From the NCBI RefSeq assembly GCF_044704955.1, contig NC_091993.1:32674001-32738000 (forward strand): a stretch of DNA of 64,000 bases, read 5' to 3'. This DNA comes from Pristiophorus japonicus (lineage: Eukaryota). The notes beneath the pieces were generated by a model. That model had not been told where the DNA came from, made no database searches, and saw nothing but the letters and a program-made list of their open reading frames with translations. Below are positions 40,235 to 52,516 of this stretch, piece by piece (within the stretch, counting starts at the first letter, position 1; each line of letters opens with the position of its first letter). Both the position numbers and the translations under genes were made by a program.

Positions 40235-40997
40235 GGGCCTGAAATTCCGATCAAGGTCTTCTCGCGGGCAATCGACTGAAAGAGTTAAAAAAGATGCGCA
40301 CCTACTTGTTCCTGCTGCGCCCGCTCGAATTTCCGGTCCGGAGGCCTTCACTCTCTACGCATCGGAGCACGAGCACGTTGGGACGTCTGTATGCTGGAGC
40401 TGGAGTCACATGGCTCTGGGCAGCCAATCAAGGTACAGTATTTTCTCATTCATAATAATGGGAACTCCGTAAGTTGGAGTTCCCATTATTATGAATGAGA
40501 AACCCCCCCTTAAATACACAAAACACATTAAAAAAAGAGAAAAATACACTACATATTTAAGATTCATTTAAATTAAAGTTCCTAAAAAAAAGTCGGGAAA
40601 ATATTTTTTTTATATAAGTTTTTTTAATTATGCCTTAAAATAAACTTACCGTTGTGGGGAGGGTTTTTAAACAATAAAATGTGTTTTTATAACCTTATTT
40701 TAAAATGTTTGTGTATTTTTAAACATTTGCGCCTGGAACAGTAGGCTATACGCCTGCTTTTTCAGGCGCAAGATTTTTGAGGACATTTGCTGGGCAAGAT
40801 ATGCGGAAATATTGGAAATCTTGCCCTGCAAGTGTCCTCGCTCCCGACATGGGCTAGATCTGTCAAGCCAGAAACTTGACACGTCGGAAAAGCCGTTTTT
40901 TAGCGCATGCGCATTGCGTGCTGAAAACCAGCTTTTCTGAAGCCTTCCCGGGTTTGTAGAAACTTCGTATGGACCCGGGACATCGGAAATTCAGGCT
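40235..40997. mobile_element. MITE-like element with internal 27-bp perfect hairpin
   Basis: Ends GGGCCTGAAATTCCGAT and ATCGGAAATTCAGGC. It splits a palindromic repeat (40172-40230 and 40998-41100). A related copy lies at ~60200-60957. Confidence 0.7.
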
Positions 40998-43329
40998 TTC
41001 AGGTGAGTTCTAATGAAAGCTCATCGACCTGAAATGTTAGCCCTACATTACTCCCTCCACAGATACTGCCTGACCTGCTGAGTGCGTCCAGCATTTTCCA
41101 GCTGCCGCATATTTTGCTTTTGATTCAGTATTACAACACCCGTTTGACATTTTGTTGATTGTTTCTTACCAAACTGTTCTGTCGATGAATACAAAGAGCG
41201 GCATCGTACCCATTGCTACCATAGCAAAGGCCATTGCCTTGGAACACTGTATGCTTTTACTCTTGTTACCTTAGTAACATTCCAAAGTTCAACAATTATC
41301 TGAAATGTCTTTTAAAATTGCAACATCCCCATGTTACACAGAACAAAAAGTTAACATTGTGGCAATCTGCTAGACAGCTAACCATTCGTAGAAATAAACT
41401 TCACTTTAAAATGATAAACTTTTAGGTGGCGTTCCACTTTGCTTTCAGACGAGACCAATGTTCCCTGGAATTGTTTTTTGGGGCCATGTGGGCCCTTGAA
41501 CGGGCTGCACGGCCCATTCAAAAGTCTGCACGTGCATTTTTTTCCCAATTTATAAGCCGGCTCATGACTGCACGGGACCCCTGGAGCGCTGCGCGGCTGT
41601 GAAGCTTAAAGGGAACATTGGGCGAGACGTGTATCCAACTGCAACACAAAGAGGTGTCTGTGCATCCAACATTGTCTCAGTCCTGCTCAAATGCTTTTTT
41701 AAAAGAATACTTTAAACTAATGGTTAGAGGTAGTACCATAATTCTGGAGTTCATTACCAAGCTGACTGCAGAGCACAATGGAGCGAGACAGCCCCTCTGG
41801 GGAGTTTAGTTCACTCAGGTCAGACCCCGACTCTGAACTTGGGCAGCATTTACACCACAAGCAGTGTCGATACGAAGTGAGACCACTGCACACCAGCCCT
41901 GGAGCTGCAGAGAATCTCAGCGAACCCATCTTCTGGTGCAGGTTTTCCACAAATAAAGTGTAAAGGTCACCTCTTGGTGCCCAACCTACAAAATGGAGCC
42001 AAAAACATCCAAGAGACTGGCGGCCAGAGGGGAAACGCTGTTCTCGTTTGTAAGCATTATTTTCTGAACAAATCCTGATCCATTTAGTGCCTCATCACAT
42101 CATTGAAACATTCAAAATCCACCAACTAGTGTGGCCTATGCTGCACCAACACAGCATTCCACAAGAACAGAGAGCAAGGTTTGTTTTTGGAGATTAGCAC
42201 AGATAGTTGTGCCGAATGGCCTGTTTCTGTGCTGTATATTCTATGTAATTTTATGAATATGAATATTGGGGTCATGTGCAATTAAGCTGTTGCTCCATCT
42301 CTCGTAGAACCATCCCACGATATAAATATGGTGGAACAAGAAACCTCAGCAAGATTCAAGGAACTCCTCATCATCATAAGTGGTCCCTCGAACGAGGATG
42401 ACTTGCTGCCACATGAGTTCACAGATGTTTCAATGAAGGACCCGATGTTCCAGTCCTGAACTCCAATTGAGGGGCTGGAAGATGCCTGTGCATGGATTTT
42501 TTTTTTTAAAACGTGGTGACCGTTGCACATCAGCCACCACATGGGCCTGACAGAACTAGGCCTTTATCCAGTGGCAAGGGTTAACCAGGACGACTGGAGA
42601 CCTGCTCTGGAGACCAAGGAACTAGACAGGTTCTGGTCAACAAATGGGATTCAAGGATATTGGAAATGCACCATGGGAATACTGTGGATAGGAGGGCTAG
42701 ATGGACCAAAGGGCTTCTGCCTGAAACTGTTGCTATGTCAGCCAAGGCAATTACAAACAGTTACAGCAACTTTGGTAACTTCAAAGACAAGAACAGGACA
42801 TTAAATTCTCTTAATTCTGCTTAAAATGAGATTAGCAGGAACATCTGCAGCTTGCCATTGTTTGCAAGTAGAGCAAAGGAGAGTAAACAAAATCACCCAA
42901 TATTTGCTGAATCTACAAACCAGAGCAGTTCATACCAACAATAAAGTAATTATTGAAAGGTCATCATTAGGTTTTGTGACCAAGAAAACATTGTCCCCTC
43001 TCCTCTCCTCTCATTACAAAGCTACTTATTTGCTTTTAATTGGATACAATCTGGGTCCTCATGATATACGGCCCCAAATGCTCAATGTCCATTCCATTCC
43101 CACCCCTCGGCCAAGCTTACATTGTCACCAGTATACCGTCATACAGAGCAGCAGACTGGCACCGAGTTTGAGATTGTCCGAACTCATTTCACACAGAGAC
43201 CCTGCATAATACTTTCACTTCAGTAGCAAATCTGTATCGTAGGCATTTCAGTTCCCCATCTTGGGAATGCTAATCGTCCTCACTATAGCTATACAAACAA
43301 ACAACAAACTCTGCTGAACAGAGTCAAGT

Positions 43330-45290
43330 CATAAGAACATAAGAATTAGGAACAGGAGTAGGCCATCTAGCCCCTCGAGCCTGCTCCGCCATTCAAAAAG
43401 ATCATGGCTGATCTGGCCGTGGACTCAGCTCCACTTACCCGCCCACTCCCCACAATCCTTAATTCCCTTATTGGTTAAAAATCTATCTATCTGTGATTTG
43501 AATACATTCAATGAGCTAGCCTCAACTGCTTCCTTGGGCAGAGAATTCCACAGATTCACAACCCTCTGGGAGAAGAAATTCCTTCTCAACTCGGTTTTAA
43601 ATTGGCTCCTCCGTATTTTGAGGCTGTGCCCCCTAGTTCTAGTCTCCCCGACCAGTGGAAACAACCTCTCTGCCTCTATCTTGTCTATCCCTTTCATTAT
43701 TTTAAATATTTCTATAAGATCACCCCACATCCTTCTGAACTCCAACGAGTAAAGACCCAGTCTACTCAATCTATCATCATAAGGTAACCCCCTCATCTCC
43801 GGAATCAGCCTAGTGAATCGTCTCTGTACCCCCTCCAAGGCTAGTATATCCTTCCTTAAGTAAGGTGATCAAAACTGCACGCAGTACTCCAGGTGCGGTC
43901 TCGCCAATACCTTGTACAGTTGCAGCAGGACCTCCCTGCTTTTGTACTCCATCCCTCTCACAATGAAGGCCAATATTCCATTCGCCTTCCTGATTACCTA
44001 TTGCACCTGCAAACTAACTTTTTGGGATTCTAAAAGAGTTTCATGCAAAGGACCCCCAGGTCCCTCTGCACTGCAGCATGTTGTAATTTCTCCCCATTCA
44101 AATAATATTCCCTTTTACTGTTTCCCCCCCCCCCCCCCCCAAGGTGGATGACCTCACATTTTCCGACATTGTATTCCATCTGCTAAACCTTAGCCCATTC
44201 GCTTAACCTATCTAAATCTCTTTGCAGCCTCTCTGTGTCCTCTACACAACCCGCTTTCCCACTAATCTTTGTGTCATCTGCAAATTTTGTTACACTACAT
44301 TCTGTCCCCTCTTCCAGGTCATCTATGTATATTGTAAACAGTTGTGGTCCCAGCACCGATCATTGTGGCACACCACTAACCACCAATTTCCAACCCGAAA
44401 AGGATCCATTTATCCCGACTCTCTGCTTTCTGTTAGCCAGCCAATTCTCGATCCATGCGAATACATTTCCTCTGACTCCGCGTACCTTTATCTTCTGCAG
44501 TAATCTTTTGTGTGGCACCTTATCGAATGCCTTTTGGAAATCTAAATACACCATATCCATTGGTACACCATATCCATTGGTACACCTCTATTCACCATGC
44601 TCGTTATATCCTCAAAGAATTCCAGTAAATTAGTTAAACATGATTTCCCCTTCATGAATTTATGTTGCGTCTGCTTGATTGCACTATTCCTATCTAGATG
44701 TCCCGCTATTTCTTCCTTAATTATAGCTTCAAGCATTTCCCCCATTACAGATGTTAAACTAACCGGCCTATAGCTACCTGCCTTTTGTCTGCCCCCTTTT
44801 TTTTTTAAAACAGAGGCGTTACATTAGCTGCTTTCCAATCCGCTGGTACCCCTCCCCAGAGTCCAGAGAATTTTGGTAGGTTATAACGAATGCATCTGCT
44901 ATAACTTCTGCCATCTCTTAATATCCTGGGATGCATTTCATCAGGGCCAGGGGACTTGTCTACCTTGAGTCCCATTAGCCTGTCCAGCACTACCTCCCTA
45001 GTGATAGTGATTGTCTCAAGGTCCTCCTTCCCACATTCCTGTGACCAGCAATTTTTGGCATGGTTTTTGTGTCTTCCACTGTGAAGACCGAAGCAAAATA
45101 ATTGTTTAAGGTCTCAGCCATTTCCACATTTCCCATTATTAAATCTCCCTTCTCATCTTCTAAGGGACCAACATTTACTTTAGTCACTCTCTTCCGTTTT
45201 GTATAATCGGTAAAAGCTTTTACTATCTGTTTTTATGTTTTGCGCAAGTTTACTTTCGTAATCCATCTTTCCTTTCTTTATTGCTTTCTT
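43330..45290 (-). mobile_element. CR1 LINE, ~2 kb, degenerate RT
   Basis: Frameshifted pieces KSPGPDEMHPRIL, YLDFQKAFDKVPH, SGVPQ and VQRRFTRLIP, with tail (TTCTTATG)2. Carries a 17-bp internal duplication at ~44547-44585. Confidence 0.92.
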
Positions 45291-45292
45291 AG

Positions 45293-45650
45293 TCATAGAA
45301 TCTTACAGCGCAGAAGGAGGCCATTTGGCCCATCGTGCCTGTGCCTGCTCTTTGAAAGAGCGATCCAATTAGTCCCACTCCCCCCGCTCTTTCCTCATAT
45401 TGCTGATAATTTTTCCTTTAAGTATTTATCTAATTCCCTTTTGAAAGTCACTATTGAATCGGCTCCCACCGCCCTTTCAGGCAGCACATTCCAGATCACA
45501 ACAACTCGCTGCATTAAAAAAAAATTCTCCTCATCTCCCCCTCTGGCTCTTTTGCCGATCACCTTAAATCTGTGCCCTCTGATTACTGACCCTCCCACCA
45601 CTGGGAACAGTTTCTCCCGGTTTACACAAAAACCCTCATCATTTTGAACA
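45293..45650 (-). mobile_element. CR1 3' end of a different subfamily
   Basis: RGHRFKVIGK...RVVVIWNVLP, with its own tail at 45293. Confidence 0.8.
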
Positions 45651-47005
45651 TCTCTGTTGTTCACCATATCCATAAATGATTTGGACTCAGAAAATTGCAG
45701 ATGATACCAAATTGGAGAATATAGCTAATAATATGAACGATTGCAGAAAATACAGGCAGAGTGGATGGATAATTGGCAAATTAAATTCAATATAAATCAG
45801 GTGTACGATGGTTGATTTTGGGAGGAGGAGTAAGGACCAACTTATTGATTGGAAGGCAAGAAACTGAATGGGGAAGAGGAGCAAAGAGATCTGGAAATAC
45901 AGATATATAAATCACTAAAAGTACAATCCAGGTTGACAAGACCATAAAGTCTGCAAATTAATGGGGTTCATTACTAGAGAAATAAAATACAAAAGCAGGG
46001 AGGTATTGTTAAACGTATATAGGACCTTAGTAAAACCACTGTGTGCTGGACTGGACTATTGTGTGCAGCTCCAATCTCCATACGAATATATTCATGAGGG
46101 TGAAGGGAAGGGAATCGAGGGCAGGGTGAGAGGAGGCTCATGTGGAATTTAAACACCAGAATAGACCAGGGCTCTAGATTCTATGTAAAAAGCCCTAGAA
46201 TTGTTTTACTTAAATAAAAGGCAGAGTGGATTGCTGTTAAACAAATTCAGGTAAACAATTGCTGAACTTTACTGTGGGCCAAATGTACTTTGCAATAATC
46301 CCAGTACATTCAAGGCATTCTGTCTTTTTTGTTTGCATATCTGTGCAATTTATAAAGTAAACAGGAGTTGTGCAACGAATAAAAATCACCTGCACCGATG
46401 CTGCTCAGGTTTTTAACGAAAATAATTGAGAACCCAGTTTGACTGGATCCAAATACATATAAATGTTCAAAAAAGTTGTCAACTAACATGTTTCCCTTGG
46501 AGATATCTCACCTGTCCATTATTATATACACAAACCTCAATGAGCTTAAACGAGGGTTTCTGCTCCTTTGGACAAGGTTTCATCAATAGAAAGCAAATTA
46601 ACAACTGTACACTATTTAGAGAAACTCTAAAATCTGAATTATAAATAAAATCCAAAGGAAATTTATCAAATTAAGGCAAAATGTCACTGGTCGTTTCTGC
46701 ACTTTGCTCCAACCTGGTTTCGGAGCCCGGGACTATGCAAAAATCCCTAGAATTGTTTTACTGAAAAAGGCAGTGTGCTATCGGATTGCTGTTAGACAAA
46801 GTCAGCCAACAACTGCGGGACTTTACTGCGGGACAAATACACTTTGCAAATATCCCCATACATTCATTCAAGGCATTCGCTGTCTGTATATCTGTGCAAT
46901 TTATAAAGTGGAACAGGAATTGTGCAACCGGCGCTGCCGAGGCTTTTACCGAAAGCTATGTCTAACTGCAGACCCCCTCCCGCCCTCCGGTCAGTCCGGC
47001 CTCAC

Positions 47006-47078
47006 CTGCCGCCACCACCGAGCAAATCCCCACCGAGTGCCGCCGCCACCACAACTCCCTGGCTTCCCAGGTCTCCAT
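47006..47078 (-). CDS. RDH-like exon 1 (initiating)
   Basis: ATG at 47078 gives METWEARELWWRRHSVGICSVVAA+G, then donor CAG|GTGAGG. Phase 1 fits exon 2 and yields a hydrophobic N-terminal anchor (GICSVVAAGIGLLVL). Lies in a CpG island. Total CDS 1026 nt. Confidence 0.75.
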
Positions 47079-47094
47079 CACCGACCGATCGACC

Positions 47095-47235
47095 AGCCGG
47101 GCCCGGTTGCTAGGTGCCGCTGTCCAGGTTGCTATGGGCTAGTCTGGCGCCGCGCAGGTATTTAATATGGTCCGTGTCGTCACGGCGCTACGGCCGCAGC
47201 CACTGCGCATGCGCGCAGCGCCGGAAGTGACGCGG
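47095..47235. promoter_or_regulatory. Bidirectional CpG promoter of RDH-like (-) and SNAPC5 (+)
   Basis: NRF1-type TGCGCATGCGCG (47204-47215), ETS/GABP CCGGAAGTG (47221-47229) overlapping TGACG, and two RFX-like GTTGCTA half-sites, between divergent splice donors. Confidence 0.75.
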
Positions 47236-47281
47236 GACTGCGGCCTGACCCTGAAGAGGCCGAGCGGAGCCTGAACCTCAG
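47230..47281 (+). other. SNAPC5: Putative non-coding exon 1 of SNAPC5 (start approximate)
   Basis: Donor CAG|GTACTG at 47281/47282. Acceptor TCCTCCTACAG at 50088, 29 nt before the ATG. Confidence 0.55.
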
Positions 47282-47385
47282 GTACTGAGAGACTTGCTGA
47301 TACAGCACCTTCCCAGGCCACCGCACATCTCAAATCCCTTTACAGCCAATGAAGTACTTTTTAAAGTGTCGTTCATGTAATGCAC

Positions 47386-47935
47386 TACTGAGGGAGCGCT
47401 GCACTGTCGGAGGGGCAGTACTGAGGGAGCGCCGCACTGTCGGAGGGGCAGTACTGAGGGAGTGCTGCACTGTCGGAGGGGCAGTACTGAGGGAGTGCTG
47501 CACTGTCGGAGGGGTAGTACTGAGGGAGCGCTACACTGTCGGAGGGGCAGCACTGAGGGAGCGCTGCACTGTAGGAGGGGCAGTACTGAGGGAGTGCTGC
47601 ACTGTCGGAGGTGCCGTCTTTCGGATGAGACGTTAAACCGAGGCCCCCGTCTGTTCTCTCAGGCGGACGTAAAAGATCCCATGGCACTATTTCGAAGAAG
47701 AACACTGGAGTTCTCCCCGCTGTCCTGGGGCCAATATTTCCCCCAATCAACCTCACTAAAACAGATTATCTGGTCATTATCACATTGCTGTTTGTGGGAG
47801 CTTGCTGTGTGTAAATTGGCAGCTGCGTTTCCTACATTACATCAGTGACTATTACTTCAAAAGTACTTCATTGGCTGTAAAGCTCATTGGGATGCCCCGT
47901 GAAACACATTATAGTAATGCAAGTCTTTCTTTCTT
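47386..47935 (+). mobile_element. Deu-SINE with ~7 33-bp units
   Basis: Tandem units at 47386-47612 followed by the Deu body and tail. Confidence 0.9.
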
Positions 47936-48039
47936 GAATTTTATGGAAGGTGTATCTGGTTAAAAAGTTTTTACTGGTGGGTTATAGCTACTAAAGTATC
48001 TAAGCTTCCTTTTATATGGATGCAAGGTTACAAGAGGAG

Positions 48040-48680
48040 CATCATGTTCCAAGTGCATAAATGGATAATTCCTCATGTTTAAAAAAGCATATAGGATCCT
48101 TGACTTTATAAATAGAAGAATGGAGTACAAAAGCAGGGAAGTTATAAATCACTGGGTTGTACTGAGCTGGAGTATTGTGTCCAATTCTGGGCTCCACACT
48201 TTAGGAAGGAGGTCAAGGCCTTGGAGAGGGCCAGAGGAGTTTTATTAGAATGGTACTGGGGTGAGGGACTTCAATTATCCAGAGAGACTGCAGAAGCTTG
48301 GATTGTTCTCTTTAAAGCAGAGATGGTTAAGGGGAGATTTGATAGAGTTGTTGAAAATTGAGGGGTTTTGATAGAATAAATAATGAGAAACTGTTTCCTG
48401 TGGCAGAAGGGTTGGTAACCAGAGGACACATTTAAGGTGATTGGCAAGATGATCTGGGTGGGGGGGAAACAGATGGCAAGAATTTTTTTGATGCAGCAAG
48501 TTATGATTATTTGGAATGCACTGTCCAAAAGGGTAGTGGAAGCAGATTCAATAGCAACTTTGAAGACAATTGTATAAATACTTGCAGGGGGAGTGGGACT
48601 AATTGGATGGCTCTTTCAAAGAGCCGGCACAGACATGATGGGCCAAATGGCTGCCTCCTGTGCTGTAAGATTCTATGATT
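48040..48680 (+). mobile_element. Old CR1 3' fragment
   Basis: Degenerate LEYCVQFW...GDLIE...IWNAL with an ATTCTATG tail. Confidence 0.75.
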
Positions 48681-48994
48681 TGCAAGTCCCAATTTTTAAA
48701 AAAAACTTTGTTAAAAACTAAGTATATTTTTTTAATGTGTTTGCATTGCAGCAAATCTAGCCTCCGGTAGTGCAGCTGTAAATGGCTGTTCAGGAAGTTA
48801 ATCTATGCAAAAATGTCACGACATTTGTAAGGACTACTTATACATAGCACCAGAAGTAGGCATTCAGCCCCTCGAGCCAGTTCCACCGTTCAGTTGTATC
48901 ATGGCTGAGCTGTACCTCAACTCCGTTAACCCGCCTTTGCTCCATAGCCATTGATACCCGTACCAACACGAGCAAAATGCTGCCGCTGCTGCAA

Positions 48995-49180
48995 TTTGAA
49001 ATAAAAACAGTAAATGCTGGAAACCCTTAGCAGGTCAGGCAGCATCTGTAGAGAGAGAAACCGAGTTAACGTTTCAGGTACTGACGACGGGTCATCGACC
49101 TGAAACTCTGTTTCTCTCTCTCCACAGATGCTGCCTGACACGCTGAGTATTCTCAGCATTTACTGTTTTTATTTCAGATA
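48995..49180. mobile_element. Palindromic repeat with hammerhead-like core (Penelope-type terminal repeat candidate)
   Basis: ~60-bp inverted arms (AAATAAAAACAGTAAATGCTG... / ...CAGCATTTACTGTTTTTATTT) surround CTGACGA-cgGGTC-ATC-GACCt-GAAAC. Confidence 0.6.
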
Positions 49181-50117
49181 CCCATACCTCATATGGCAAC
49201 CTTGAAAATTTGACTCCCAGCATCTGCAGCTTTTTGGGTGGGTGAGGGGAGACCATTCCAGATTTTCACTCTGCTTTGTGTGGATAAAATGCTTCCTTAT
49301 TTCACTCCTAAACAGCCTAGCTCTAATGTGCCCCTTGTTCTGGATTCCCTCACCAGAGGAAATAGTTTCCCTGTATCTACCCTATGGAATAATTTTAAAC
49401 ATCTTGATTAGATCATCCCTTAACTTTCTAAACTCAAATAGGGGGGCCCTCTTGACATTCCCTGTTATGGGTAAGGTGTTTATGTTGGAAGTGAGCAGGG
49501 GGAAAATGCCCTCTGCTCTTTAAGAGGTGGCATACAAGAGCAGTGCAGTAATGGTGTAAAGGATTCATTAACATTGTGAATGTGAGTCCATCAAAGCCGC
49601 TAAACTATCTTACTGTCATTGGTGGCCGTGCCTTCTGTTGCCTGGGCCCCAAGCTCTGGAACTCCCTGCCTAAACCTCTCCGCCTCTCTACCTCTCTTTC
49701 CTCCTTGAAGACGCTCCTTAAAACCTACCTCTTTCACCTGCCCTAATTTCTACTTCTGTGGCTCGGTGTCAAATTTTTATCTCTTAATACTCCTGTGAAG
49801 TGCTTTGGGATGTTTCACTACGTTAAAGGCGCTATATAAATGCAAGTTGTTGTTACTCTTTCAGATGTTGACTGGCCCGACAGGAAGCTACTTGTTTCAT
49901 CCGATGCTCCTTTTCATTTGTAATTAGCAGTGTACCTGACTAAAGTCAGTATTCCTCCTCTGTCCTGGTCTTCAGACACACACTGTTGCTCTTACAAGGC
50001 GTGCAATGTACAATCAAGGGCACCTCTTTGCACGACGCTTCTTCAAAAGATGCCATAGTGCTGTAGTCAACGACACGTCCTCCTACAGGTGAACCTTAAA
50101 CCCCCAAAGGGCTCAGA

Positions 50118-50207
50118 ATGCTGAGTCGGCTCCAGGAGCTGAAGAAAGAAGAGGAAGCTCTACTGAAAATCAAAACCAATTTACAGGATCAATTAAACCG
50201 ACTCAAG
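50118..50207 (+). CDS. SNAPC5: snRNA-activating protein complex subunit 5 (SNAP19), coding exon 1
   Basis: MLSRLQELKKEEEALLKIKTNLQDQLNRLK, then donor AAG|GTAAAC. Matches the known SNAPC5 N-terminus. Confidence 0.95.
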
Positions 50208-51615
50208 GTAAACCTACAGGCAAAGAACGTTGCGCATTATTGCTTATTTATTTCATTATCGTCGTGCCGTGCCTGGGGATGGGGTCCCTTTTCACCCAGT
50301 GCCAGTATGCAGTGTTTCCGGTCAGGTATAGCACAGGTTGGCTGTAAGTTGAAGCTCACGAACCTCCTTCCCTGGCCCCACTGCTTCAGTATTGCCATTG
50401 CTCGCTCCAGCCATCCTGTGACCTGCTACAGGAGCAGCTTGGGAGACAACCCAACTCCCAGCTCCAACCAGGTACACTCCAGCTTTATTTTTCGTTTTTT
50501 TTTGCTGTGATTTCAGTAAAAGAATCGTCTGAACTTTTTCATTTGATTAAATTTGCCAATTCCAACATTTTGCTGTCACTCCATATCAGTCATTATTAGC
50601 ACATCCTGTGCCATTGCTTTGGAATGAGAAATTCATTCATTTTCAGCATGGGATGCTTATTAAAAACTACATCTCAAACAGGGTCGGACATTAATTATTT
50701 TTTTCCCCTTTATTTTAAAAGTTATTTCTTTTCTTCTCTGTGTCTGTACAATTCATTCACTTGCAGTGATGTCCAAGAGCCTTTCCCATGCATGACCATT
50801 GAAGTATAATCACTGTTCCTGTGCTAGACAAACACTGCAGCCAGGTTAAACCCAACAAGTTTTTGGCTGAGGGTGGACTGTTGTCCAGGACACTGGGAGT
50901 GCCGTGGGATCTTTTACATCAACCTAACCGGCAGAGGGAGTCTCATCATAAAGACGGCACCCCTGACAGTGCAGCACCCCATTGGTGCTATAAGTGAGCC
51001 AAGCTGGCACTTAAGTGCCCAACTGTTAGACCACTCAAACATCTCGACTGGTAGTAGACGTTCCCTGTGGCTGTGACTAAAGTCTTACTCAGCACTTCCC
51101 CATCTGACAGTGCAACCAAAATGAGAAAATTGTTGAATCATCCTGTTGGATCACAGCCGGGAATTTTGTTATGATCATAATCTCCTAACCCTGATACAGA
51201 GAAACTATTTCTGGTGGGAAAATCCAGGAAAATGATTTTAATCTTACAATTAAATCTAGGCCATTTAATGGTAAAATCAGTAAACACTTTTTCCGTACCA
51301 AGGGTAGTGGGAATCTGGAACTATTTCCTCTCGCTCCTCCTCACCCCCTCCCCAAGACTGTGGATGCTGAGGGTCATTTGAAAGATGAGATTGATGGATT
51401 TAAGGGCATTGAGTAGAGTGAGGCTTTGGTTTTGTGGTTAGCTTTCCGTCGAAGTCGGTAGGTGGAGGGCTCGAACCCTCGAGCAGAGATTGGACTCCGG
51501 CTCTAAATTCTGGGTTGACATCAAGCGGGGTACTCTCGTCTGGTGGCTTTGGGTGCCCCGCCCCTCCCTTCATCGATGGATTGTGGGACCCCCCCAAAGA
51601 CCTTGTACCGAATAG

Positions 51616-52085
51616 TGTCAGCCGTGGCTCAGTGGGCAGCACTCTCGCCTCTGAGTCAGAAGGTTGTGGGTTGAAGTCCCACTCCAGAGACTTGAGCACA
51701 AAAATCTAGGCTGACGCTCCCAGTGCAGTGCTGAGGGACTGCTGCATTGTCGGAGGTGCTGTCTTTCGGGTGAGACGTTAAACTGAGGCCCCCATCTGCC
51801 TTTTCTGGATGTAAACAATCCCATGGCACTATTTCGAAAAAGAGCAGGGGAGTTATCCCCAGTGTCCTGGGGCCAATATTTATCCCTCAGTCAACATAAC
51901 AGAAACAGATTATCTGGTCATTATCACATGGCTGTTTGTGGGAGCTTGCTGTGCACAAATTGTCTGCCACGTTTCCCACATTACAACAGTGACTACACTT
52001 CATAAAGTACTTCATTGGCTGTAAAGCGCTTTGGGATGTTCAGTGGTCGTGAAAGATGCTGTAGAAATGCAAGATTTTTTTATTC
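51616..52085 (+). mobile_element. Full-length Deu-SINE
   Basis: A/B boxes, body and tail are present. Confidence 0.9.
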
Positions 52086-52420
52086 TTCCCGCCCAATCGA
52101 CTGCATTAATCTGGGTGTCGAAAGTGCCAGTGTGAAAAGCTGGTAGCGACAATGAATAGTCGGGATTGGACCCCAAAAAGGCGAGTAACTGGAACTGATG
52201 TACAAAGCAGCCGTGATCGAATTGAATTCCAGAACTGGCTTGAGGGGCTGAATGGCCTCCTCCTGTTCTCATGATCCCTCCCATGGCTCAGCTATTCCTA
52301 TGCATGTGCCTTGGGATGTATAGTGAGTTCAAGGTTCTACATGAATGCAAGTTATTGTTAATATTGGATTGCAGCAATATATTGGAATGTGACCTTGTGA
52401 GTGTGGTGCTGTGCCTGCAG

Positions 52421-52516
52421 GTGGAAGAGTTGGCCTTGCGCTCGATGATCATGACCAGGGAAGATGGTGATGACGATGACAATGACAGCTGTGGTCAGCC
52501 ATCTGAATCTGTAGAG
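52421..52516 (+). CDS. SNAPC5: SNAPC5 coding exon 2
   Basis: ctgcag|VEELALRSMIMTREDGDDDDNDSCGQPSESVE|gtgaga, phase 0. Confidence 0.93.
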
